A stretch of 41,860 nt of DNA, filler included, from Leucoraja erinacea (taxonomy: Eukaryota): the NCBI RefSeq assembly GCF_028641065.1. It is 2 parts of 2 records of this genome, joined end to end, with 100 filler letters (N's around TTAATTAATTAA, not from the genome) between each part and the next. Parts side by side here need not be neighbours in the genome. Positions count along the whole stretch, not along the records: positions 20,315 to 41,860 come from NC_073390.1; 1 more part is not named here. One strand, given 5' to 3'. Of this stretch, positions 24,128 to 36,874 are shown piece after piece. The position numbers and the translations under genes are program-made. Numbering within the stretch: position 1 is the first letter of the stretch; the number at the start of each line of letters is the position of its first letter. Under the pieces are notes generated by a model. The model was not told where the DNA came from and did no database searches. It saw only the letters and a program-made list of their open reading frames with translations.

Positions 24128-25170
24128 TGCTGGAGTAACTCAGTGGGCCAGGCAGCATCTGCGGAGAAAAGGAATAGGTGACCTTTCGGGTCGAGACCTT
24201 TCTTCAGACTCTTAAAATGAAAAAAACAGTTGATGTCACACCGGCAGTTAGAAATGAAGAGGTCTAAAGAGGGTAAACGGCTGTCTGGGGGAGTCCAAGA
24301 TGAGAGGGAACAGAGAAAACAGGAGAAGGATTCTTCACTGGGTGGTGAGGACTCCTTCCCATAGAAAAAGGCACGGAGACAGAGGCGACGGAAGAAAAGA
24401 TCTACGTTGTGGCATGGTCAGAAGAAGGGTCTCGACCCAGAACGCCACATATTCCTTTTCTCTAGAGATGCTATCTGACCCGGTGAGTTGCTCCAACATT
24501 TTGTGTCTAGCCTCTTTTCATGAATTAGGTTAGTCTAGTTTGATCAGATTCCTCCATTCCCGGTGTCCTGATTTGTTGCTATAATTTTTGAACACATCTG
24601 GATGAAGATAGTTGGGAAATGATGCAAATACGATGAGTGGAATTTAAGGGGTGAAATGGTAAACAAAAATGGTCAACAAATATTGCATCATCTATCTAAC
24701 TGAACACAAATGTGCACAAGGAATTACTGGAAATGAAGATCAGGAGAATGAAAAAATCCATGAGAACTTTTCCAGAGAGATTTATAGGGCTTCAGAAAAA
24801 CATAAGAACAAATGGTGGACACATCATATGAAAAAATAGCAAAATCAGCCTGGGATTCAATTAATTTGTACAAGGATGTGTTGTATATCCTTTTATAGGC
24901 AATGGTACACAAGCAAGGCACAGTTCTGTGAATGGACAAGCATTTGGTGGATTTTATTGTCAATATGATTGATTAACAGTTCATTTATTTTCAAAATAAA
25001 TTCATATTTTTAAAGTCTTTGTCAATGTTTGCACATCTTAATATAGAGACTGGGTTGTGACTGATTGGACTGATAACACAGTCACATAAAGGTTATTAGT
25101 CTTACCTTCATACAACTCAGGAACATAGTCTTCAGCCCACTCTGTCCATGTTATCAAGTGTGCATCTTAT

Positions 25171-25392
25171 GCCCCTGTCCCACTTAGGAAACCTGAATGG
25201 AAACCTATGGAGACTTTACGCCCCACCCAAGGTTTCTGCGGTTCCCGGAGGTTTTTGTCAGTCTCCCTACCTGCTTCCACTACCTGCAACCCCCGGCACC
25301 TACCTGCAACCTCCGGGAACCGCACGGAAACCTTGGGTGGGGCGCAAAGTCTCCAGAGGTTTCCGTTCAGGTTTCCTAAGTGGGACAGGGGC
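25171..25392. mobile_element. Foldback MITE (Harbinger-like)
   Basis: Imperfect TIRs of about 80 bp starting GCCCCTGTCCCACTTAGGAAACCTGAA; TTA/TAA context. Confidence 0.8.
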
Positions 25393-26221
25393 TTAATTAA
25401 GCTAAATGCAAAATGGTGGGGGAACTCAGCAGGTCAGGCAGAATTTTTGAAGATGACGTCAAAAGAGAGATGGGGGCGGGATAAAAACCTAGCAAGTGAT
25501 AGTGGTGCAATTCAGTTCAGTTTAGTTTATTGTCATGCTCTTCAGGGTACAGTGAAAAGCTTTTTGTAGCTTGCTAACCAGTCAGCAGAAAGGCAATACA
25601 TGGTCACAATCATTCCACTTACAGTGTGTAGATACATGATAAGGGAATAGCATTTAGTGTAAGGTAAGACCAGGAAAGTCCAGTCCAGTCTGAGGGACAT
25701 CAAAGAGGTAGATTATAATTCAGCACTACTCTCTGGTTGTGGTAGGATGATTCAGTTACCTGATAACAGCTGGGAATAAACTGCTCCTGAATCTGGTGGT
25801 GTGCGATAGGTCGACAGACACAAACATCTGGAGTAACTCAGCGGGTCAGGCAACATCTCAGGAGAAAGCACCTCTAGAGATTGCTTTCCCCTGACACTCA
25901 GTCAGAAGCGCCTCGACCCGAAATGTCACCTATTCCTATTCTCCAGATATGCTGCCTGACCTGCCTGAGTTACTCCAGCTTTTTGTGTCTATCTTTGGTT
26001 TAAACCAGCATCTGCAGTTCCTTCCTACACAAGTGAGAGGTGGGTAGATGTGAGGGTGATTGGATTGTAAGATAAGTGGAGTAAGTGACACAATGGACGA
26101 CACAAAGAACTACAGATGCTGGAATCTTGGGTAAAACACAATGTGGCTGGATTAACTCGATGGGTCTGGCAGTGTGTGTGGAACGGATTGACAAGCAATA
26201 TTTGGGTTTGGTCCCTTCTTG

Positions 26222-26598
26222 AAACATAGAAACATAGACAATAGGTGCAGGAGTAGGCCATTCGGCCCTTCGAGCCAGCACAGCTATTCAATATGATCAT
26301 GGCTGATTATCCAACTCAGTATCCCGTACCTGCCTTCTCTCCATACCCCCTGATCCCCTTAGCCACAAGGGCCACATCTAACTCCCTCTTAAATATAGCC
26401 AATGAACTGTGGCCTCAACTACCTTCTGTGCCAGAGAATTCCAGATTCACCACTCTCTGTGTGAAAAATGTTTTTCTCATCTCGGTCCTAAAAGATTTCC
26501 CCCTTATCCTTAAACTGTGACCCCTTGTTCCGGACTTCCCCAACATCGGGAACAGTCTTCCTGCATCCAGCCTGTCCAACCCCTTAGGAATTTTGTAA
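26222..26598 (-). mobile_element. CR1-type LINE 3' fragment
   Basis: Same family as 3488-4085. Confidence 0.85.
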
Positions 26599-26809
26599 GT
26601 AGCAAATTACCAAATCACACCTCCAGTTTAAATTCCATTTGGAATATTTTGGAGGACCAAGAAACCAAGAACCAAGTAACGGAAGAAGAGAAAGCTGAAA
26701 ATGAGGTAGTGACGGGATGAATCCTGATGAGTGATAGGTGGATACAGGTGAAGAGACCTTGAATGGGAGTTGGATGGACAAACGCTAGATTTGAAAAGAC
26801 GACAAAATT

Positions 26810-27295
26810 GTCGTCAAGACAAGTCACTTTTATTTCTATAGCACATTTAAAAAACAACTCTCGTTGGCCAAAGTGCTTTACATTGGTATAAGAATAGTAT
26901 AACAAAACAACATTGGTTCACAGATTAAATACAAACATCACTACATACATATAGCCCTCGCTCAGAGGACGTCAAGAAAGGCTTGGGAGTAGAGGTGAGT
27001 TTTTAGTCTCGACTTAAAAGAGTCGATGAAGGGGGCAGTTCTGATGGGACGAGGGATGCTGCTGTTCCACAGTCTAGGAGCTGCAACCGTAAAGGTGTGG
27101 TCGCCCCTGAGTTTATGCCGAGACCGCGGGAAGTTCAGTAACCCCAAGTCGGCCGATCTGAGGGGCCTGGAGGTGGAGTGGTGGGTGATGTAGGTGGGGG
27201 CAAGCCCATGGAGGGCTTTGTAGACATAAAGGAGGATCTTGAAATTTATTCGGAACCGCACAGGGAGCCAGTGGAGAGAGGCCAGGATCAGGGTG
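26810..27295 (-). mobile_element. L2-type LINE 3' fragment
   Basis: LASLHWLPVRFRINFKILLYVYKALHGLAP..RPLRS..FKSRLKTHLY. Confidence 0.85.
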
Positions 27296-27886
27296 AGTGA
27301 TGTGGTCCCTTCTGCGAATGCCCGTCTGGAGTCTTGTGTCAGAGATGAAGAGTGATATACCTTTATAAAGCCAGAGAGAAGGATATGGATGGAAGAGGGC
27401 AGGGTAGACAGGGGGGGGGGGGGGGGGGGGAGAGAGAGATAGAGAAAGAGTGGAGGGGGAGTGGGTGACACAAAATGCTGGAGCAACTCAGCAGGTCAAG
27501 CAGCATCTCTGGACAACATGTAGGTGAAGCTTTGGGTTGGGAGCCTTCTTCAGATTGAGATTTCTCCAGAGATGCTGCATGCCACCACTGTGGGTTTTGT
27601 TTAAGGTGTGAGATATAGTTTGTGCTCACAATCACTACTCAGAGACTCAATCGGCCCCACACAATGATGGTGGTTTAATCATCTTATCCCTCACAAAGGG
27701 GTCTGAGTGTGAGTGGGCTTGAGAGGGCTGGGCTGGGGCAGAGGAAAGAGAGTGGGAGAAGGGGGGTGTTACTTCAAATTGCAGAATGCCGTGTTCATAC
27801 AGTTGCCACCCAAGTGAATGGAGGATTGGGTGGTGAGGTGGATGTGGTAATATTTCCCGGCACACGAGTCTTGCTTATAATAAATT

Positions 27887-27897
27887 GAAAGTGAAAC
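27887..27897 (+). promoter_or_regulatory. ISRE/IRF-E upstream of the RBR gene
   Basis: GAAAGTGAAAC (GAAANNGAAA), about 180 bp before the ATG at 28078. Confidence 0.65.
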
Positions 27898-28077
27898 GAC
27901 TACAGATTGGAGTTGCAACCGTGGCAAAACGTCGCTTCCGTTGTAAAGTTCACACTTCATGCGTTTGTTTGCAGCAAGCATCAGTCGGGTGTTGGACTTC
28001 AGAGACAGTCGGAGCGGTCGTGAACAGGCGGCAGAAACCTTTGGACACATTGGTTGGGACTGAGTATCCAGGGAAGG

Positions 28078-28147
28078 ATGATGGAAAAACGCTACGATCC
28101 CAATGACAGCACCCTGAAGTTTGTACAGAGAAAGGACGCGATCACAG
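28078..28147 (+). CDS. RBR-type E3 ligase-like protein, exon 1 (MMEKRYDPNDSTLKFVQRKDAIT)
   Basis: In-frame stop upstream at 28021; phase-1 donor CAG|GT; joins exon 2 in frame. Confidence 0.75.
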
Positions 28148-28741
28148 GTTTAAAAAAAACATTACTTTATATCGGAAATATATTTTCTTTGCAGCCATTT
28201 CCTGAATTGCTGAGCATTTCAAGCACCTTCTGTCTGAATGTTTGAATCGGTGACAAAACATTCAACAAAGGAGCCGAGGGGCAAGCGGGAGAGAAGTTCT
28301 GGGCCAGAGTGAAATAAAGTGGAACTACAGGTGCTAGAATGTGGAGAGATAAGGAGATGGGACAGATGGGGTTAATTGGTGTTGTATCCTGGAACAAAAT
28401 GATGTCCGGAATGCTGATAGTGTAATGGTGGTGATGATATATTTGGCGGTAATGATTTGTTTGGCCTAAAAGTTTGCTTTTAATTGTTTTAGTGGGTAAA
28501 AATAGCACAAAGCCACGAAGAGGCTGGGTGGGGAGGGTGAGTAGACCAGGACGTTACACACACAGAGTGATCCCAGCAGAAAGGGGGAGAGAGTTTGATG
28601 TTTGACTTTGTCCTTCTTTTGTAAACAAGATATATTGGGACAATTCTCTACATTTATGGAGAGTTTACATTATATTTTTATGACAGAATTTGCTTGTTAT
28701 AAAAGTTATGCCAGAACTCTAATGAAAGATCTCCTTTGTAG

Positions 28742-28839
28742 GTGATGATGACCTAAGTGTTCTCAGAGTGGAGATGTCCTGTCGACATGCTGTGGACCCC
28801 ACATCACTGACCGGATGGTGCCGTAGCCTGATAGATTCT
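28742..28839 (+). CDS. RBR-like exon 2 (GDDDLSVLRVEMSCRHAVDPTSLTGWCRSLIDS)
   Basis: Acceptor tttgtag, donor GTAAGT; CxH of RING1. Confidence 0.85.
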
Positions 28840-28961
28840 GTAAGTATTCCTGGCAATCAGTTTCCATGCACTTTTCATTCATTTTAACTCTTGCATGGCC
28901 TTGCATCGAAGCAAACGTTAACATTGGTATTTTTGTTTGCAACACCCAATACCTATGTTAG

Positions 28962-29135
28962 GGTCATTTCACATTCCACTGCCCTGGTAAAAAGGATGGA
29001 ACAGAAGAAAAGTGCAACAAGGAATGGCCCTATGTGGAGGTTCGCAGGCATGCGTTGCTGGATAACGATGAACAGAAGTATTTTGAAGAGAAGGTTGCCT
29101 TACTCGCTGCGGCAAAGTACTGTGAAATCAGCACG
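28962..29135 (+). CDS. RBR-like exon 3 (GHFTFHCPGKKDGTEEKCNKEWPYVEVRRHALLDNDEQKYFEEKVALLAAAKYCEIST)
   Basis: 174-nt phase-0/0 exon with ag/gt boundaries; CP..C end of RING1 followed by the linker helix. Confidence 0.85.
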
Positions 29136-29862
29136 GTAATACAGCACCTTACTTATAATAAATGGTAACAAAATTCATAACAGGAATTGAGAAAATCCAA
29201 ATTGGCAAGATGGAAATGGGCATAGGCAATCACATTCATATTTTCTAGGAGCAGAATTAGGCCATTCGGCCCATCAAGTCTACTCCGCCATTCAATCATG
29301 GCTAATCTATGTTTCCCTCTCAACCCCATTCCCTGCCTTGTTCTCATAATCCCTGACACCCTGACGAAACAAGAATGTCTACTCTCAGACTGGGAAACCT
29401 GTCTGTCTGATGAACCTGTTGCAAGTTCTGACTTCCCGTTGAATTTGGTATTGATTCATTTTTGTCACTTGCATCGAGATACAGAGAAAATCTTTGGTTT
29501 GTGAGCTATCCAGACAAATGATATCATCCGTGAATACAGTCAAGCCATACACAAGTTCAGCAGGTTGTGCAAACTCAGATTGGAAACAGAGTGAAATAGC
29601 ACAGATAAACTAAAGCGTAACGCAGTGGGGCAAGCAGCAACTCCCAGAGAAGGAGTTGGCGACGTTTTGGGTCGAGTTCCTTCGGTAACCGATGAAGTGT
29701 CTCGACCCAAAACCTCACTGATTCCTTCTCTCCAAAGATGGCGTCTGTCCCACTGAGTTACTCCAGCATTTTGTGACTATCTTTGGTTTAAACCAGCATC
29801 TGCAGTTCCTTCCTATACATATTTTATTTCAGTGTTGAAGTCATTGTTCTGTCTTTCTTCAG

Positions 29863-30444
29863 TGCCCTGGATGCCAGACTTGTGTCGAGCGAAAAGATCT
29901 GACAAATCTTTCAGTGAGATGTTCCATTTGTACAGCGCAAAATGGAAGCTGCTACGAATTTTGCTGGCAATGTTCGAAGCAATGGAAGGGCCGAGCACCC
30001 CGTTCTGATCGATGCGACAATGAAGGATGCACAAACATTCAGTTGGACGCCCTTAACAACTGTGACATGAAAACTTTATCCTACAGTAACATCCAATGCC
30101 CTAAATTCCGCGCTTGTCCCACATGTGGGATTATTATAGAGCATAAGGATATGTGCAAGTATATCCTGTGCTCCAGGTGTCATGTGGAGTTTTGCTTTGC
30201 TTGTCTTAAGACCAAAGCAGTTTGTGAAAGATCATCTAACTATTCTGCTACTTGTGCTAATCCTGTGGCCCCGAGGCAAACAAGTATTCCCACATGGACT
30301 CGCACTACAAATACAAGTATTCTTGAGATGAATCGCATACTGAATATGTTCTCAGAAAATACCAATGATGATGACGATGATGATGATGATGATGATGATG
30401 ATGATATTGATGATGGTGATGATGATGATGATCTCTACCAATAA
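29863..30444 (+). CDS. RBR-like exon 4: IBR, RING2/Rcat and poly-Asp tail
   Basis: Acceptor tttcttcag; IBR CPGC..CSIC..FCWQC; RING2 CPTCGIIIEHKDMCKYILCSRCHVEFCFAC; spliced product 307 aa. Confidence 0.9.
   Translation, partial: CPGCQTCVERKDLTNLSVRCSICTAQNGSCYEFCWQCSKQWKGRAPRSDRCDNEGCTNIQLDALNNCDMKTLSYSNIQCPKFRACPTCGIIIEHKDMCKYILCSRCHVEFCFACLKTKAVCERSSNYSATCANPVAPRQTSIPTWTRTTNTSILEMNRILNMFSENTNDDDDDDDDDDDDDIDDGDDDDDLYQ
30367..30432 (+). repeat. (GAT)n microsatellite encoding poly-Asp
   Basis: Imperfect GAT run inside the ORF. Confidence 0.95.
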
Positions 30445-31689
30445 TGAGAATCCGTGTACAATTTTGTAAAACAAGAATCTGATTGCGCAAAAACATAATA
30501 AATGACACATTGCCATTAAGCAAAATATTGATCATTGCTGACCTTATTTTGATGATACAAATTGCTTATACTGCTAAAAGATTAATTTTGTATGGCAATA
30601 ACACAATATAACATCCCACAACAAATATGATCACCTCAATTTTAATTTCAATTTGTATCCATCATAATGTTAACTCTCAATTAATGTGGCATTTAATTTG
30701 AATATCTGGTTAAATTTAAGGTAACATCAAAACCAACTCATATTTCATTATGGATGTGGGTGAATCTTTAAACCTCTGGGGTGATGGTTTGAACAACTGA
30801 ATTATTTTGACATTTTTATTTTAAAATTCATTTCTTAAATATGTGAATGAATTATGCAAAATTCATTGTATTTTTTCCGTCAATTTAAAGATTTAATTTC
30901 ACATTCAAAAGAATGGACAGGAAATTATTGTTTAAATATTGATAAATCAGCTGCCTGTGCACTGTTTTAACCTGTAGAATGCATACTGGTATTGGTTTGT
31001 GTGGCTCGGACAGGGTTTTTCTTTTATGTTTGTTATGTTATTCATGTTATACCAACTCTTTAATGTTTGATTTCTTCAAATAAAATGACCAGACGTTTGG
31101 CACAAGAATTCTGCATGTTTGTATTAAAAATGTACAAAATGTCTCTCGTGACACAGAATAAATGGGCAACAATTAGATGTGAAACAATTAGAAGCTATTT
31201 CCAAAATCCAATACCTACCTGAGAAAAAGAAGTTGTTAGTTTTTGTATAACTTTCTTTTAATACTGTTTAACGAGCATCCATAACATCTCTATAATATCT
31301 GTGGAAGTCACAGAAATATCACGGTCTTCATATACAGAGTTCACACATACGTGTATGAGTCATTTATATTAGGAGCAGGTGTAGCCCGTTGATCAGCTCC
31401 ACTACTAAAGACTGGTTGATTTGATTGTAAACTCCACATTTCCATCTACGAACAGTTAACTTTCACTCCCTCACTATTGAAGAATCGTTCAACCACTGCC
31501 CTAACCCAACCACTTCACTTCCACTATTCTTTGGGGAAACATTCCAAAGACTGGCAAGCATCTGCTAGAAGAAATAAAACAATATCTTTGTCTTATCAAA
31601 TGTCTTTGATAAATAGAAGTAGGTAAAGGAAGTTAATTGATTGGGATTTTAGATCTGCAGAATTACTCTGGACAAAATGAATAGAATTT

Positions 31690-31991
31690 TAGGGAAGATT
31701 CAAACAAGAGGACATGACTTCAGAATTAAGGGACAGAAGTTTAGGGGTAATATGAGGGGGAACTTCTTTACTCAGAGAGTGGTAGCGGTGTGGAATGAGC
31801 TTCCAGTGGAAGTGGTGGAGGCAGGTTCATTGGTGTCATTTAAAAATAAATTGGATAGGCATATGGATGAGAAGGGAATGGAGGGTTATGGTATGAGTGC
31901 AGGCAGGTGGGACTAAGGGGAAAAAAAATTTGTTGGCACGGACTTGTAGGGCCGAGATGGCCTGTTTCCGTGCTGTAATTGTTATATGGTT
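31690..31991 (+). mobile_element. CR1-type LINE 3' fragment (second family)
   Basis: Reverse complement of the 17283-17580 family. Confidence 0.85.
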
Positions 31992-33526
31992 AATTAAGAA
32001 TTTATTTGAATTATAATTTAGCTAATTGTAGTTATTTACAGACACACCTTGATTTATGCAATAAGCGACTGATGTAAACTTGTACTTACGTAAACAATTC
32101 TGTACTCAGTACCTCCTGCGGTCAAGGGGTAACTTCAACAACACTGTACGATCACTGAGATTTACATTAGAAACAAGGTGGCAATGGCGGCAGTGCTTAC
32201 CCAGAAGGCCATGCACTGCAGAAAGTGCCCTACGGTGATTCCATCAGAAGTAAAATCTGACTTATGTAAAGGTTGACAGAACGTTACCCTAACTTAAAGC
32301 GGGCAGTGTTTGTACATGTCCTTGTACTGAACATTTAAATATGTATTGTATAGACTTTGGAAACCATATGTTGTGATTATGTTGGTGGGGATTTAATCAG
32401 AATGTTATTGTGGAATTATATTAAATTACACATTGGAAGATATATGAGAAGTAATCATTTGTGATCAATATCATTGTAATATCTTTAATAACCAAACTTT
32501 AAACAATATTTTAAACAAATAATTATTCAGTTGCCTGGGAAGTTGTTCACACAAGGGGGCATCGTCCAGGTGGGTATGGCTGCCCTGCCTGCAGCTGTCC
32601 GCCCTTTCACTTCCTTTTTTTAATATTTAGTACATTAAGAAGTGTTGTTTGGAGGTCTATTCTTAGTATTTCTCAGTCCCTACCTTGTCGGAGAGGCGGC
32701 TTTCCTCCGAGCAGCATCTCTGAGAAAAGCCGCGGGCTGCGGCGTTAACTTTAACATTGGCAGCCTGGGATCTTTCGCTGAGATCGCCAGTGGTGGAGCT
32801 CCATCCAGCGCGGCCTGTCGGCTTCTGAAGCCGTGGTCTCCGGTAAGGATGTGGCCGTTCCAGGCATCCCAAGCCGCTGAGAAGGTTCTCCCGACGACGG
32901 GGCACCATCACCTGGTGAGAAGGGCCTGGAACATCGGGCCCCGTAGCGGCGACTGCGGAGGCCTCAATAGGCCCGACTATGGGTGGACAACGGAATGGGG
33001 ACTGCACTTTGACCCTTCACTCACAGTGGGAACTATTGTGGGGGGATGTTTTATGTTTTATGTTAAATTCTTCTTTAATGTTGTGTTGTATTCTTATTAG
33101 TGTTCTGCAATGGCAACGTGAATTTCACGACACCAATTGGTGTATGTGACAATAAATGAACCTCTGAACTACACTTCGCTTTGTATGTTCTATGATTCAA
33201 TTTCAATAAAATACAAAATGGAATGAAAAATGAAGTCATTAACATAGTGTACTGCTAAACCTGAGATAATTAATTTATGACCTCATGATCTGCGCAGTGG
33301 AGAAGTCACTCGTGCAAAAGCCGACCTATCGAATGATTCTGAGCCCTGACTTGAATGGGAACACACCTGAGATATAGGTTCCCTTTATGTAACTTTTATA
33401 ACACGTTGTCCTCAGTCTCCATCGGTCACTGCCCCCAAAAAACTCTTGTCCCACCCCACCCCACCCCACTCCTGGAGGTCTACCACCCGTCTACCAACCT
33501 GCAAGTTTGCATCCCTCTTAACCTCA

Positions 33527-33860
33527 AAAGGCTTGGATAGAGTGGATGTGGAGAAGGTGTTTCCACTTGTGGGAGAGTCTAGGACTAGAGGTCATAGCCT
33601 CAGAATTAAAGGACGTTCTTTTAGGAAGGAGATGAGGGATTTCTTTAGTCAGGGGGTGGTGAACTTGTGGAATTCTTTGCCACAGAAGGTTGTGGAGGCA
33701 AAATCAGTGGATATATTTACAGGAGAGGTAGATAGATTCTTGATTAGTACGGGTGTCAGAGGTTATGGGGAGTAGGCAGGAAAATGGGGTTAGGATGGAG
33801 AGATAGATCAGCCATGATTGAATGGTGGAGTAGACTTGATGGGATAATTCTACTCCTATT
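33527..33860 (+). mobile_element. Older CR1-type LINE fragment
   Basis: KGLDRVDVEKVFPLVGESRTRGHSLRIKG. Confidence 0.8.
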
Positions 33861-34351
33861 CAGGTAAAAATATTGTCCGGAAGAACTGAATAAATCCTCC
33901 AGCATTCGATAACATAGAAAGTAAACACACTGAGCCCATGCTGACCATCAGTATCCTTATTCCCTACTTACTAAGGGCATTCTACAGAGGCTGCACCTCT
34001 GTGGGACGTGGAAATAACTGGTGTATCAAACCCACATGGTCACAGGAGGAACGTGCAAACTCCATTAAGACAGCACCAGAGATCAAATGTGAGAGGGCAA
34101 ATGTGATAACGTTTCAAATGAAAATTCTCCGAACTGTCAGTATATCAGTCAATTGTCAGACTGGGTAAATGTCTGGGCAACTGAAATGAGGCATTCAGTT
34201 CCCTCTCCACTTTGCAGTTAAAATGTAGCATTGACAGAAGGCTCCATGAAGCTGAATGCATTATACATTATAAATGTTAGCTCTTACAGCTTACTACATC
34301 AGCTTGGTTCAAATATTATGAATTGAGTATTATGCGATTGAGAATTGAGTC

Positions 34352-35000
34352 CCAGCATCGACTTCACCCTCTCCGAAGACTACGTAAAGCAGGCCTCCCC
34401 ACTACACACCTACGGACTTATTATAGGGGGACTGTCGAGAGCACACTGACATACGGCATCACTTCCTGGTTCGGGAGCTGCAAGGCGTACGAACGGCACC
34501 AACTAGACAGGATAGTGAAGACCGCCAGCAGGATTATTGGTGCTCCACTCCCCTTCCTGCTGGACATATACAGGAAGAGATGTATCAGCAGAGCCATCTC
34601 CATCATTAAAGACCCTTATCACCCATCGCATGACATTTTCTCCATCCTGCCATCTGGGAAGAGGTACAGGAGCATTAGCTGCAAAACCAGCAGGATGCTC
34701 CTCAGCTTCTTCCCACAGGCTATAAGACTGATAAATGGACTTTGCCCCCTGCCAAGTATCGCGCACAAACCCCCAACCTGGACACACTGCAGCAGAGCCA
34801 CTGTTGTGCCGCTGCCGGTCGGAACGCCTGTTGAATGTTTAGTAGAGTGTTAAATTTGATCATGATACATGTATTTTTATTTCTATTTATTTTTCATGCA
34901 CACTGAATGGACACTGGTTGAGCAACGTTTTTTTGTTTCCTCTGGGTATGCGAATACTCAGGAAATGACAATAAAGATTTACAATACAATACAATACAAT
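34352..35000 (+). mobile_element. Rex1/Babar-like LINE 3' fragment
   Basis: QHRLHPLRRLRKAGL..IIKDPYHPSH..LPSGKRYRS..SFFPQAIRLIN; AATAAA followed by an (ACAAT)n tail. Confidence 0.85.
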
Positions 35001-35042
35001 TATGATGCCAATTGCATTTTTAATTGCAGCTTTAATTGCACT

Positions 35043-35345
35043 GGGCAGTACAGTGGTGCAGCGATAGAGCTGTTGCCTCACAACGTTGCAGAACCAGGTT
35101 CGATCCCAACTATGGAACTGACTGTGCGGAGTTTGTACGTTCTCATTGTTACCACATGCGTTTTCTTCAGGTGCTCCGGTTTCCTACCACATTCCAAAGA
35201 TGTGTCGGTCTGTAGATTCATTGGTTTTGGTAAATTGCCCCTAGTGTGTAGGATATAGAATTAGTGTATGTGTGATGGGTGGATGGCATGGACCTGGTAG
35301 GCTGAAGCTCCTGTTTCTGTGCCGTATCTCTAATCTAAACAAAAC
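35043..35345 (+). mobile_element. tRNA-derived SINE (V-SINE-like); a partial copy lies at 41519-41670
   Basis: A-box-like TGGTGCAGCGATAG, B-box GGTTCGATCCC, core GTGCTCCGGTTTCCT. Confidence 0.7.
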
Positions 35346-36496
35346 AAAACATTAATATAAATATCTTCCTCGAAATAAAAGGATCTGCAGAAGCTGGTTT
35401 ATTAAAAGAAAAGACACAAAGTTCTTGAGTAACTCAGTGGGTCAAGCAGCATCTCAGGATAAGTGACGTTTCAGGTCAAGACCCTTCTGGCTATATTTAA
35501 GAGGGAGTTAGATGTGGCCCTTGTGGCTAAAGGGATCAGGGGATATGGAGAGAAGGCAGGTACGGGATACTGAGTTGGATGATCAGCCATGATCATATTG
35601 AATGGCGGTGCAGGCTCGAAGGGCCGAATGGCCTACTCCTGCACCTATTTTCTATATTTCTATATTTCAGACTTTATCCAGTTATTTTTGTCCCAGTTTG
35701 ACAAAATTGCATTCATCCAAATGTAGCTGTCTTCCCTCACCTAGGTTCTTGTTAAAATGTATTAGGTGTATTCACCAAATATGGGGAATCAAGGGGGGGG
35801 GGACTGGCTGGAGATTGGCACTTAGCTACAGGTGATGGGGATCAGAGTGTTGAGGACGTTGGGGAATTTGGAGAACCAAGAGATGAAGTTGCTGTGGGTT
35901 CAGGCTGAAGAATCAGAAAGGCATAACTCGGTGGTAAGATTGGGGAGAGGGGGATGGGTAGGATAAATGATCATCACCTTCGGGAGGGGGTAGGGTGCTC
36001 CGGTGGTTAGCAGGAAATAAACAGGACGTTTCTGTATGGTTTTAAGAACAGAGCATTATTTAAAAACCTGATTGTTCAAAAAGAGTTTAACGAGAGACGA
36101 TAGCCTAGTTTTATTGGCAATACTATTTCCATTGGGAATTATATCATTTAATGTATGTTTGGTGAAAGCACAATTTGAAGCAGACTGAGAAATGACCGTC
36201 TGAATATTTGAACAAAATGGTGCTGGCTGAAACATTTAACGAAAGGCCTTTAACCTATAACATGATGTCTCTGGCCTCCTTGTTTACAGTACCTTTCTGT
36301 CTGTGTTTCCTGTATGTGGTGTGCAGACTAGCTGAATGCTTTGTGTACACTGTCTTGTGGTTCTGGTGGAGTTATTTTGAAATGGGGCTTTCAAGACACT
36401 TTTAATTAGTTCCCTTCAACACCTTAAATTCCCTTCTGCATTTGCAATGTCATACAATCACAGGGGGAACATGCAAACTCCACACTGTATATTCAA

Positions 36497-36874
36497 TGGA
36501 ATTTGGAAGGATGAGAGGGAATCTTAAGGAAACATATACAATTATTAAGGAATTGGACAGGCTGGCTGCAAGAAAAATGTTCCCAATGTTGGGAGGGTCC
36601 AGAACCAGGGGGTCACAGTTTAAGAATAAGGGGTAGGCTATTTAGTACTGCGATGAGAAAAACCTGTTCTCCCAGTGTGTTGTGAATCCGTGGAATTCTC
36701 TGACACAAAAGGCTCTGGAGGACAATTCACTGTATGTATTCAAGAAAAAGTTGGATATTGCTCTTAGGACTAACGGAACTAATGGACATTGGGAGAAAGC
36801 AGGAACTGATTCTGGATGATCAGCCACGATCATATTGAATGGCCTACTCCTGCACCTATTTTCTATGTTTCTAT
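36497..36874 (+). mobile_element. Degraded CR1-type LINE fragment
   Basis: Homology to the CR1 3' end and CTATGTTT tail. Confidence 0.75.

Noticed and set aside
30305-30535. Minus-strand poly-His ORF
   Set aside because: Antisense reading of the (GAT)n repeat.
32642-33100. GC-rich overlapping ORFs
   Set aside because: No recognisable domain; the region ends in an AATAAA-plus-repeat tail typical of a retroposon.
36208-36405. Hydrophobic ORF as a possible IgM TM exon
   Set aside because: No Ig TM motifs or KVK tail, and it lies beyond an unrelated gene.
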